A DNA stretch of 53,892 nt from a virus (taxonomy: Duplodnaviria; Caudoviricetes): IMG/VR virus record IMGVR_UViG_3300027906_000022, positions 1-53,892 of that record, one strand, 5' to 3'. The position numbers and the translations under genes are program-made. Position 1 is the first letter of the stretch. Each line of letters opens with the position of its first letter. Of this stretch, positions 37,663 to 47,098 are shown one piece after another. The notes beneath the pieces were generated by a model that made no database searches, had not been told where the DNA came from, and saw nothing but the letters and a program-made list of their open reading frames with translations.

Positions 37663-39211
37663 AATTTCTTATATTATTAATTACACAATCGGTAGATAGT
37701 ATTGTAGTTGCTACAGATGCAGCATTTGTTAAAGCACTTTTTGTTACTAACAATGGGTCAATAATACCTGCATTAATCATATTAACAATTTCACCTGAAA
37801 TTACATTAATACCTTCATCAAGATTAATAGAAGATAATGTGAAATCTACATTTGTAATACCCGCATTATCTAAAATAGTTTTAAATGGTGCGTGAATAGC
37901 TTCATTTAATATTTTTTCCCCTATATCTTTTTTATCTAAAGCTTTAGAAGCGTTTAACAATGCGACTCCACCACCTGCTACAATACCTTCTTTTATTGCT
38001 GCTTTAGTAGCACAGATAGCATCTTCAACTCTATCACATTTTTCTTTTAACTCTAACTCAGAATTAGCACCAACTTTTACAATAGCAACTTTAGCACTTA
38101 ATCTTCCTAGTCTTTGTTCTAAACCTATTCTAATGTGTTCTTTGTTTTTCTTTTTTAACTTGGCTTTTATATCTTTTATAATTTCTTTAGCTTCTTCGTT
38201 AGTTTCTTCTACTCTTATAATTGATTTATCAGCTTCTGTAGTAACTTTTAAACAAGAACCTAGATATTCTGTTTGAATAGAATCTAAGTTATCCCCTAAA
38301 GTTTCATTAACAACTACTGCTCCAGTTAATAAAGAAATGTCTTCTAATATTTCTTTTCTTCTTAATCCAAAAGATGGTGGATCAAGAACATTTACTTTAA
38401 CATTACCTTTCATTTTATTCATTACTAAAGCTGATAGAACACTATCTTCAACTTCACCAATAATTAATAAAGGTTTCTTTTCTTTTATTATATATTCTAA
38501 TATGGGTTGAATTTGTCTAATTGATTCTACCCTTGAATCCATAATTAAAACTAAAGGTTTATCTAATTCAACAATACCTTTTTCTTTGTTTGTTATAAGT
38601 TGTGGGTGTACGAATCCTTTGTTGTATTCTACTCCTTCAACTATATCTACTTTAGTTTCTCCAAGTGAAGATGGTTCCATAATAACTAAACCAGTTTCAC
38701 CTACGTTTCTAAAAGCTTGACCAATTAATTTCCCCAACTCTTTATCGTTGTTTGTAGCTATAGTAGCCACTTGATCAATTTTATTACCTTTAACGGGTAA
38801 TGCTTTTGTTTCTAAATATTTTATTATTTTTTTTACGCCATTTAAAATACCATCTTTTATATCTCTAGTATTTTGTTGATCTAAATGCTCATAAGCACTT
38901 TTTAATATAGCGTGAGACAATACAGTGGCGGTTGTGGTTCCATCCCCAGCTTCACCCACCGTTTTTCTTGCTGCTTCTTTTAGCAGTGTACACCCCATGT
39001 TTTCTACAGGATCTAACAAGATAATAGAATTTGCTACCGTTACACCATCTTTAGTGATTATAGGTTGGCCACTACTATCTTCTAGTATAACACATTTACC
39101 GCTAGCTCCTAAAGTGGAGCTAACAGCGTTTGTGAGTTTTTCTATACCTTTAAATATTTGATCCTTTGCCTCGTTTCCAAAGCTTAGGTTCTTGACTATT
39201 GCGTCTGACAT
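37646..39211 (-). CDS. groEL: Chaperonin GroEL
   Basis: ITKDGVTVA, AGDGTTTATVL, GIVAGGGVAL and GIIDP motifs; lacks the GGM tail. Confidence 0.97.
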   Translation of the reverse strand: MSDAIVKNLSFGNEAKDQIFKGIEKLTNAVSSTLGASGKCVILEDSSGQPIITKDGVTVANSIILLDPVENMGCTLLKEAARKTVGEAGDGTTTATVLSHAILKSAYEHLDQQNTRDIKDGILNGVKKIIKYLETKALPVKGNKIDQVATIATNNDKELGKLIGQAFRNVGETGLVIMEPSSLGETKVDIVEGVEYNKGFVHPQLITNKEKGIVELDKPLVLIMDSRVESIRQIQPILEYIIKEKKPLLIIGEVEDSVLSALVMNKMKGNVKVNVLDPPSFGLRRKEILEDISLLTGAVVVNETLGDNLDSIQTEYLGSCLKVTTEADKSIIRVEETNEEAKEIIKDIKAKLKKKNKEHIRIGLEQRLGRLSAKVAIVKVGANSELELKEKCDRVEDAICATKAAIKEGIVAGGGVALLNASKALDKKDIGEKILNEAIHAPFKTILDNAGITNVDFTLSSINLDEGINVISGEIVNMINAGIIDPLLVTKSALTNAASVATTILSTDCVINNIRNYESNR

Positions 39212-39239
39212 AATTTAATTTAATTTGATTGAATTGATT

Positions 39240-39530
39240 TTATTTAAAAGTTTTAACAACTTGTGGTCCGTTAACAAATGAAAGCTTTTTCTTATAATGC
39301 TCAATAGAAGAATCTATTGCTTGTTCTGCGCCTTCAAGAGTTTCACGTCTTGTTACATCGATCCAAGAATCTTCTTTGTTTGGATCTAGGTATTCAGTTT
39401 GATAAAAACCGTTTGGTAATTGAACAATTCGCCAATTTTTCTTTTTGGCTACATGTTTAAAAAGGTTAATGGTTTCTTCTGAAAATTGTGGTTGACTACT
39501 CCACGAACTAGTCGAATAAAATAGTGTCAT
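39240..39530 (-). CDS. Hypothetical protein
   Basis: 96 aa; KKNWRIVQLPNGFYQTE; first gene after a putative late promoter. Confidence 0.65.
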   Translation of the reverse strand: MTLFYSTSSWSSQPQFSEETINLFKHVAKKKNWRIVQLPNGFYQTEYLDPNKEDSWIDVTRRETLEGAEQAIDSSIEHYKKKLSFVNGPQVVKTFK

Positions 39531-39591
39531 TGGTTTTGGTTTTAAATGTTAAACTATTGGTTTTTGCTCTATAAAGAGCGGTTTATATGGC

Positions 39592-39620
39592 TATTATCAC
39601 TTGTTTTTTTGAAAACTTAC
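39592..39620 (-). promoter_or_regulatory. Putative late promoter GTAAG-N15-GTGATAATA
   Basis: Both boxes identical to the 16184 site. Confidence 0.55.
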
Positions 39621-39621
39621 C

Positions 39622-40815
39622 CTACCAAGTGGCTATACCTACTCTTTTCCATGTATCAGTTGCTGTACATACGTATATATAATCGGCATCCCATCTCATT
39701 GTTCCAGCTGTACCAGTTGCAGATGCTGAAGCAGGTACTCCACTGTGATTTAGTATTGAAACCGAAGGTTCTGTCCAAATTAAATTTATACTAGCAGCAT
39801 CTTTAGCTAAATAATATCCAGTATTTCCAGCTGCACTAGTTGGCATTCTCCAATATGTATTAGAAATAGTAGGAGTTACACCTGTTAATCCAAGTTCACC
39901 AGTTCCGTATAGTTTTAATTGTAAAGAACTAACTCTCGCATCACCAGCATCACTGTTTAAAAATTCATTCCAAAATCCTAAATAAGAAGCGTTATTATTA
40001 CTAACAGTTGTAGTACCAGTGTTCCAAAATACTTCATTTTCTCTGGATCCACCTGAATTATTATAAGCAAAAGCTAATCCTTGGGTGTGGGTTGGGTTTG
40101 ATGTTCCTGCATTTCCTGTTACATATAAATACCCTGCAGCTCCAGAACCAGTCATAGTTATAGAAGTACCAGTTGTGCTTCCTCTAGTACAAACAGTTTG
40201 TAAAGTGTCTACTTCTGTATAAGTATAATTAGGTACGTTTAAAACTCCACCGGCTAAAGTAGCAACCCCTGTTGTTCCAGTTGTTGTTAAACTAGCTATT
40301 GTACCTGTGGGAACATTCCAAGTATTGTCACCTCTTAAAAACGTAGTGGCATCTTTAGTTCCGGTTGCTGATAAATCTATCGTACCTACTGTTACAATAC
40401 CAGTGGCATTTGTATTTTCTGTTCCTGCAGAAATAAAGGTACCGTTAGCATTTGTGAAACTTGTTACCCCTGCGGCGTCTGCCGTCCAGAAAGTTCCTGT
40501 AACTGTAGATGATAATACTTCACCTGCCGTTCCTGGTGAACCTGTAGAATCTGTAAAAGATCCTTTTACGCTTAAATCCCCTGCGGCAGTTGTTAAAGTT
40601 ATACTATTAGTTGTAGTTATTGCTTTGTCAGTGGTTGAACCTACAGTAGTAACTTGTTGTAGACTTTGAGCACCAGACACTGGAACAACTAAATTCAAAA
40701 CGTCTTGAACACTAAAGCTTCTAGTTGGTTTATCTCCCCCTTCTGTCATATCAGTACCTATTAATAGATCTTCAAGTTTGGGTGTTATTTTAGGGTAACT
40801 GTATAATATTGCCAT
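39622..40815 (-). CDS. Tail fibre protein
   Basis: Thr/Gly-rich; LQQVTTVG repeats, TTFLRGDNTW, C-terminal GTAGTMRWDADYIYVC..TDTWKRV module. Confidence 0.75.
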   Translation of the reverse strand: MAILYSYPKITPKLEDLLIGTDMTEGGDKPTRSFSVQDVLNLVVPVSGAQSLQQVTTVGSTTDKAITTTNSITLTTAAGDLSVKGSFTDSTGSPGTAGEVLSSTVTGTFWTADAAGVTSFTNANGTFISAGTENTNATGIVTVGTIDLSATGTKDATTFLRGDNTWNVPTGTIASLTTTGTTGVATLAGGVLNVPNYTYTEVDTLQTVCTRGSTTGTSITMTGSGAAGYLYVTGNAGTSNPTHTQGLAFAYNNSGGSRENEVFWNTGTTTVSNNNASYLGFWNEFLNSDAGDARVSSLQLKLYGTGELGLTGVTPTISNTYWRMPTSAAGNTGYYLAKDAASINLIWTEPSVSILNHSGVPASASATGTAGTMRWDADYIYVCTATDTWKRVGIATW

Positions 40816-40817
40816 TT

Positions 40818-41066
40818 TTATTTGTATTTTTTAAATTTTTCTAATTCTTCTTCTTCACAAGCATCTTCAAACCACTGTGAACTTAACATAATTTTCATAT
40901 GTTTATAATTTCTAATATAAATTTCGTTTTCTTCTTCTGTTATTTTATCTTTTAAAGATAGTTTTTCTAATATGTCATAAACAAGATGAGTCACTTTCAC
41001 CATGTTTTTATCATTTTCTAGATTCCTTGGTGGAGGATCACTACTGAAATTACGTACTAATGCCAT
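40818..41066 (-). CDS. Putative tail fibre assembly chaperone (paralogue 1)
   Basis: RNYKHMKIML..WF motif shared with the neighbour; follows a fibre gene. Confidence 0.5.
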   Translation of the reverse strand: MALVRNFSSDPPPRNLENDKNMVKVTHLVYDILEKLSLKDKITEEENEIYIRNYKHMKIMLSSQWFEDACEEEELEKFKKYK

Positions 41067-41070
41067 GTTT

Positions 41071-41298
41071 TTATTTATTATATTTTTTAAACTTATCTAA
41101 TTCATCTTTAGTACACCCTTTTACAAACCAATCAACTTTTAACATTGTTTGAATATGGTCTTTATTTCTATCTAAATTCATTTGCTCTTCTTCAGTAAGT
41201 GTTTCTTTGGAAGATAATTCTTCACAAATATCCCAACTATCCCAATGAATAGCTATACTATCTCTTATTTGTTCTTCTGTTCTGTTATCTGGTTCCAT
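41071..41298 (-). CDS. Putative tail fibre assembly chaperone (paralogue 2)
   Basis: RNKDHIQTML..WF motif. Confidence 0.5.
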   Translation of the reverse strand: MEPDNRTEEQIRDSIAIHWDSWDICEELSSKETLTEEEQMNLDRNKDHIQTMLKVDWFVKGCTKDELDKFKKYNK

Positions 41299-44132
41299 TA
41301 TTTACTTTTTAATATTTCTATTTCTGCCTTAAGTTCTTGTATAGATTTTACTAATATTGGAACTAAGTAATCATTTGTCATCGTTAATAAATTGGGATCA
41401 TGATTTTTAACTATAACCGGATCATCTCCTTCTAATGCTAAAACATCTTGAGCTAAAAATCCATATCTTTTTATTCCATTGGTTTCTTCGGTATCTCTAT
41501 TTTTCCTAAATTGATATTCTGTAGGTTTTAATTTATTTACAAAATCCAACCCATGAGGTATTTCTTTAAATTTTGTTTTATCTCTTTTATCAGAAACTAC
41601 AGTCCATGCTATTTGAATATAAGCACTTGTATGGTCTTTGTTACCTAATTGAATTTCATTAGATCCAGTAATAATATGATTTAAAGAATTAGTTCCAGTT
41701 GTGTTTCTCCCTGCATTTTGTCCAATTAATATATTATAATCACCACTAGTTATTTCATACCCAGTAGCATCCCCAATACATATGTTTCTATGACCTGTTG
41801 TAGTTCCTCCAGCTCCTAAAGCTGAATATCCCATTACGATATTACCAACACCTGAACTTATTAATGCGTTTTCTGGTCCTATAGCTATATTAGCAGAACC
41901 AGTTGTTACACCGTCCCCCATTGCATTATAACCTATTGCAACATTTTCATACCCAGTAGTATTATTTTGTCCGGCAAAAGGTCCAAGAAATGTATTTTTA
42001 CTACCAGTTGAAATATCTAATCCAGCGTTATAACCTAAAATAGCATTATATGATCCTGATGATGCGTTATATAAAGATTGAAGACCTACAGCAGTATTAT
42101 AATCACCATATGATGAAAGCCCTGAACGCATACCTATAAATGTGTTTCCTTCATGTGCTCCTTGCATGTTTTTTCCAGCTTCATATCCAAGAGCAGTATG
42201 TTGACTTCCTTGTTGCATATTAAAGAGAGCATACATTCCTACAGCAGTATTATAACTTCCTGTACTAACATTACTCCCTAAAGCACTTTTTCCAACTCCT
42301 GTATTATAATTTCCTGTAGTACAATTAATCCCTGCTTGATGTCCTATAAAAGTACAATCATTTCCTGTTGTATTACTATGCCCCGCATATCTTCCTACAA
42401 AAGTTCCACGACTACTGGTTCCAGCTTGATAACCAGCCCATGATCCAATAATAACATTTTCTCCTCCACCTGTTCTAAGTTGACCAGCTCTATATCCTAA
42501 AGCTGTATTTTCATCCCCTAAAGTACCTCCATATAAAGCTGCATAACCTACAGCAGTGTGACTACTTGTAGTTGTAAGTCTTAAACAATAATTTCCAACA
42601 GCAACAGATTGTTCTCCTGAAAATTGAGTCATCACATCTTGACCTACCCCAGTATTATAACTTTGAGTTGTGGAATTACCATTAGCATTATAACCTATAA
42701 GTGTATTATATATTCCAGTAGTTAAAGTAGTACCTGCATATGCACCTATACAAGTATTAAGACTACCACTAAAAACCCCAGCACCAGAACCTCCTCCAGC
42801 ATAATATCCTACTGATGTATTATAGTTATTACCAGCTCCAATAGTTTTTGAAGCATAAAATCCAATGAGAGTATTATAATTTCCTCCAGTACCAGCAGCA
42901 CCACCATATCCCGCGGCATAACCTACATATGTATTGTGAATCCCTCCAGTTCCATTATAACCAGCTTGCATACCAACACTTGTAATACCATATCCTGTTT
43001 GGTTAAGACCGTGACATTGTTGACCTATAAAAGTATTAGAACTTCCTGTAGTATTAGATAGTCCTGAGTGATAACCGAAAGCAGTATTACTATCTGCAGT
43101 GCTGTTAAATAAAGACTGATAACCAACGGCTGTACAATTAGAACCAGTTGCATTAAGTTTAAAAGCAGCATGACCCATAACTGTATTAGAAGCACCCGTA
43201 GTGTTGGTATATGCCGAATCTTGACCTATAGCAATTAGTTGATCAGCGGTATTATTAACCGCCGCAGATTGCCCTATTATAATACTACTGCTACAACCAG
43301 CCGAAACTGAAGCTGCATTGTCCCCTATGATTACATTAGAATTAGAAGTATTTGAATAATATCTAGCTGCACTATACCCTATAACAACACTGTAATTCAT
43401 ATTAGCAGCTGCTGTATAAGCGGTTTGAGATCCTATTATTGTATTTCTTGTACCCGTAGTAATTCCTCTACCTGCATAATAACCATATAATGTATTGTGA
43501 TAACCAGCTCCAAGATTTAATCCAGCATCATATCCAAAATATGTATCAGCACTATTATAAGAATAATAAGGAAACATTAATCCAGCAGAAGATATTTCAT
43601 ATCTAGCAATTGGAGATGTACTTCCACTTGGGCATGTACTAAAATATATTTCTCCTCCATCCGCGCTTGTAGTAGTTTGTTCTAAATGTATAGATGCTAA
43701 AGTTCCTCTAGAGCTTTTTCCAGTTAATCTACCCCCTGCTGTTGCTGTATCTAAAGCTTGTATACTTTCGATTTGCCCATTATTATCTAATACAACAGAA
43801 CCTCCACCCATAGTATGAGTAGCAACTCCAGTTATACCAATAGTCATTCTTTCTACCTCATTAGTCCACAGACTCATTATTTCATTATTCTGCTCGTATT
43901 GGATTTTTCCTTTATATCTACCAGTTCCACTTGACGCATCAGCAAATAAAATTAAACCATAATTTCCAGCGCTAGAACCAGAATAAATAGTTATTCCTTC
44001 GCTTCCGCTACCTGCACCAACTACTAATCTATGAGCAGAAGAACTAAAATCTCCAGGTGTGGTAGCTCCGATCCCAACGTTTCCATCAGTATCTATTACG
44101 AGTTTATCATTTATATTTGAAAAATTTGCCAT
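41298..44132 (-). CDS. Tail fibre with ~14-aa beta-roll repeats and C-terminal peptidase S74 chaperone
   Basis: Many NTxxGxxA repeats; SDKRDK...YGFLAQDV...LVKSIQELKAE. Confidence 0.85.
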   Translation of the reverse strand: MANFSNINDKLVIDTDGNVGIGATTPGDFSSSAHRLVVGAGSGSEGITIYSGSSAGNYGLILFADASSGTGRYKGKIQYEQNNEIMSLWTNEVERMTIGITGVATHTMGGGSVVLDNNGQIESIQALDTATAGGRLTGKSSRGTLASIHLEQTTTSADGGEIYFSTCPSGSTSPIARYEISSAGLMFPYYSYNSADTYFGYDAGLNLGAGYHNTLYGYYAGRGITTGTRNTIIGSQTAYTAAANMNYSVVIGYSAARYYSNTSNSNVIIGDNAASVSAGCSSSIIIGQSAAVNNTADQLIAIGQDSAYTNTTGASNTVMGHAAFKLNATGSNCTAVGYQSLFNSTADSNTAFGYHSGLSNTTGSSNTFIGQQCHGLNQTGYGITSVGMQAGYNGTGGIHNTYVGYAAGYGGAAGTGGNYNTLIGFYASKTIGAGNNYNTSVGYYAGGGSGAGVFSGSLNTCIGAYAGTTLTTGIYNTLIGYNANGNSTTQSYNTGVGQDVMTQFSGEQSVAVGNYCLRLTTTSSHTAVGYAALYGGTLGDENTALGYRAGQLRTGGGENVIIGSWAGYQAGTSSRGTFVGRYAGHSNTTGNDCTFIGHQAGINCTTGNYNTGVGKSALGSNVSTGSYNTAVGMYALFNMQQGSQHTALGYEAGKNMQGAHEGNTFIGMRSGLSSYGDYNTAVGLQSLYNASSGSYNAILGYNAGLDISTGSKNTFLGPFAGQNNTTGYENVAIGYNAMGDGVTTGSANIAIGPENALISSGVGNIVMGYSALGAGGTTTGHRNICIGDATGYEITSGDYNILIGQNAGRNTTGTNSLNHIITGSNEIQLGNKDHTSAYIQIAWTVVSDKRDKTKFKEIPHGLDFVNKLKPTEYQFRKNRDTEETNGIKRYGFLAQDVLALEGDDPVIVKNHDPNLLTMTNDYLVPILVKSIQELKAEIEILKSK

Positions 44133-44144
44133 ATTATTTATTTT

Positions 44145-44597
44145 TTAACAGATGTCTTGTGGCCAACTAGCATTAACTACTCCGGCACCACCAGTTATTC
44201 TTATTACATAAGTACTATTGAATTTATAGTAAAAATCCGCTAACACACTTGTTCCTCCACTATCTGAATAAACTGTATCTCCAGCAGCGGGATAAGTTCC
44301 CGACCCATTATGATAATACGTTTGATCAATAGATAATGCACAAACCCCAGAAAATACAGTACCTGTAGAGCTACTGTAACTAGTTAATGCATTCCAAGTT
44401 TTACTATAAAATTCTGAATATGCATGAGGTGCGCTTTGATTAACATCTGAATTAGGTGGGGCATATAATTTAACAAGTGAACCTGCTTGTGGAGTTGAAC
44501 TAGACCCTGATAATGGAGCATTAGCTGTTCCTGATCTATCTCCTTCTACATTTATTTGATTTGCGCTAATTGGATTACCCGGTGCTGGTAGTGTCAT
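44145..44597 (-). CDS. Fibre-tip/adhesin-like small protein
   Basis: N-terminus LP..GNPIS..QINVE...SEFY; directly after an S74 fibre. Confidence 0.5.
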   Translation of the reverse strand: MTLPAPGNPISANQINVEGDRSGTANAPLSGSSSTPQAGSLVKLYAPPNSDVNQSAPHAYSEFYSKTWNALTSYSSSTGTVFSGVCALSIDQTYYHNGSGTYPAAGDTVYSDSGGTSVLADFYYKFNSTYVIRITGGAGVVNASWPQDIC

Positions 44598-47089
44598 TAT
44601 TTATTACAATTACAATTATTACAAGCACAAGGTTTATTTTTTAATTCCTCTATTTCAGCTTTTAAATCTTTTATTGCTTCAATTAAATAACCAGTTAAGT
44701 TACCATAAGCAACACCTAGTGTTTCGTTTGATTCACTAATTAATTCAGGGGCTATTTTTTGTATTTCTTGAGCTATAACTCCAGAACTTGCTTTATCTGT
44801 ATCAATTCTATCAAAACTAACACCCCTCATTTCATAAACCTTAGAACCATCTAAAGTTTTAATATTTTTCTTTAATTTTTTATCTGAATAAGCTACAACA
44901 TCTCCTGCACAAGTTGCAGCGTTACTACTAGCATCAATACTAAATACGTTGGTATTACTAGTTGAATTTCTTACATTAAAAGTTGTATTATCAATACCTG
45001 TTATTCCACTTGTTATATTCCATACCTGAGCTCCTCCTGATCTTATAATTCGCAAACCAACACTTTCTCCAGTACCAATATCGTTTTGTGTTACTGTTAT
45101 CATACCTTGAGCAGATATTGAACTTTCAGTTGTTAATGTTCCCGTATTTGTCAACGTCATTAAAGCATGAGGTGTCGTTGCTGTACCAGTATCAAGAGTC
45201 GTTGTACTTCCTTGTCGCGCCCAAATATATGTATCTGCAGCACTATAAGCAGTTCCAGTATACCAAGTTGTATCATTACCTTCATTAAATCTAAAAACCC
45301 CTTGACCCCTTGCGCTTGGAGTATCTGCAGTGCCACTACTTAATACTATAGCTCCCTGTGTATGACCTGTGCTAGAACCTACGAAACGAGCTTGAACTTC
45401 AGTACCTTTTACAACATCCAAACCATATGAAGGATTACCTGTTCCGATCCCAACTTCTCCATCACTTTTTATAGTCACCGCTTTATCTAATGTGCCGCTA
45501 TTATTAGTCCAAAACTCTAATTGAGCATCTCTAGCTGCAACATCTGCCCATACCCCTCTTATGGATGCACCATAAACTGATGAAGTTCCTGTGTAATAAC
45601 CACCCATATTTATCAAACCAAAAATATCATTATCAGCTGGAGAAGTTGTAAAATGTAATAAATCTACTTGAGCACCACCAGAACCAGTATTTGTTGATTC
45701 TACCCTTATAGCATCACCAGTACCAGAGATTTCTAAAAGAGCTGCAGGCGAATCCGTTCCAATTCCTACATATTCAGGAAATATATTTTGTCCACTACTA
45801 TTAATATAATAACTAACACTACCACTACTTACTGTAGCACTATTCCCAGATACCGCTGGGTCTGTTGTAGCATTACTGCTTCTAATAAATGCTAAACAAT
45901 TTCCTAAGTATTGATTAGTTATCATGTATCTTTTAGCGCCTCCCGTATAATGAGTGGAGGCATTAAAAATGATAGCTCCATAATTACCATAAGGTCCTGC
46001 TCCACCACCACCATAAACACTAGTATTAGCTAATCTCAATAAAGCTGTATTTGGTGTGGTAGAATTTACATTTGGTCCTTGTGTTAATTCTCCAGCGCTT
46101 GTAATACGCATTGCTTCACTTGGTGTACCACCTGTTTGGAATACAATATTTCCATAACCAGTTGTTGTTCCTTTTGAAATAATATATAAATGTTCAAAAC
46201 CACTAGAATCATAGTTAATTTCACCATAAGGAGTAGCAGATGGATTACCAAATCTAACAGATTGATTTCCTTGAGTGCTGTCATATATGTGTAATTTTTT
46301 CTCTGGAGATGTTGTTCCAATTCCTACATTTCCTCCAGAAGGTTGTAATACAATGCTACCGGCATTTGCAACACCAGTTTCTATTGTTTGAAATGACACC
46401 GATCTATCTGCTTGTGCTGCACCACCTTTTGTATAAACTTGTAAAACACTATAATTACTAGCTTCGTTTGATTGACCTAAATATAAAACTTCTTCAGTAC
46501 CTGTTGATGTTTTAGCAACACCGCTTCCAATAGCTAATTTAGCCGCAGGATCATTTGCTATTCCTATTCCTACGTTTTCATTATCATCCCAAATTTGAAT
46601 AGTAGTTCCAGCATTATTTAAAATTCTTAAATTATCTCCACCACTTCCCCAGTTTTGTAATTGCCAAGTTTTAGCATCATTTTGTAGTTTTAATCCTACT
46701 TCTGAATTAGAAGAACTATCATATACTCTTATATTAGTAGTACCGCTAGTTTTAAGAATATCTAATTTTTCAGTTGGTGAAATACCCATTCCGATGTTTC
46801 CTGCATTATCAATAAGCAATGCATTAGTATTAAGACCACCTGCATTATTACCTGTATCAAGCTGTAATCCTCCATTATCTACTCCTTGTATTCTTGCTAA
46901 AGTTCCGCCAGGATTTGTAAAAGTTATTAATGAATCTAAACCATCTGTAGAATTATGTAATTTTAATATATCTTCAGCCGTATTTTCTACTACTAGTCTA
47001 TAACTTGCAGGCGCATTCGTCCCAATACCAACATAACCTGTTGTTTCTTGTACAACGAAAAAATCATTAATATTGGATAAATTAGCCAT
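44597..47089 (-). CDS. Tail fibre with GNVGIGT repeats and peptidase S74 domain
   Basis: Repeated VGIGTxxP; C-terminal YSDKKLKKNI...GVIAQEI...LIEAIKDL. Confidence 0.85.
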   Translation of the reverse strand: MANLSNINDFFVVQETTGYVGIGTNAPASYRLVVENTAEDILKLHNSTDGLDSLITFTNPGGTLARIQGVDNGGLQLDTGNNAGGLNTNALLIDNAGNIGMGISPTEKLDILKTSGTTNIRVYDSSSNSEVGLKLQNDAKTWQLQNWGSGGDNLRILNNAGTTIQIWDDNENVGIGIANDPAAKLAIGSGVAKTSTGTEEVLYLGQSNEASNYSVLQVYTKGGAAQADRSVSFQTIETGVANAGSIVLQPSGGNVGIGTTSPEKKLHIYDSTQGNQSVRFGNPSATPYGEINYDSSGFEHLYIISKGTTTGYGNIVFQTGGTPSEAMRITSAGELTQGPNVNSTTPNTALLRLANTSVYGGGGAGPYGNYGAIIFNASTHYTGGAKRYMITNQYLGNCLAFIRSSNATTDPAVSGNSATVSSGSVSYYINSSGQNIFPEYVGIGTDSPAALLEISGTGDAIRVESTNTGSGGAQVDLLHFTTSPADNDIFGLINMGGYYTGTSSVYGASIRGVWADVAARDAQLEFWTNNSGTLDKAVTIKSDGEVGIGTGNPSYGLDVVKGTEVQARFVGSSTGHTQGAIVLSSGTADTPSARGQGVFRFNEGNDTTWYTGTAYSAADTYIWARQGSTTTLDTGTATTPHALMTLTNTGTLTTESSISAQGMITVTQNDIGTGESVGLRIIRSGGAQVWNITSGITGIDNTTFNVRNSTSNTNVFSIDASSNAATCAGDVVAYSDKKLKKNIKTLDGSKVYEMRGVSFDRIDTDKASSGVIAQEIQKIAPELISESNETLGVAYGNLTGYLIEAIKDLKAEIEELKNKPCACNNCNCNK

Positions 47090-47098
47090 ATTTTAATT

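Noticed and set aside
685-46320. Nested same-strand alternative-frame ORFs (685, 13601, 24096, 29376, 29973, 46084)
   Set aside because: Fully inside real genes, composition typical of off-frame reading, no independent signals.
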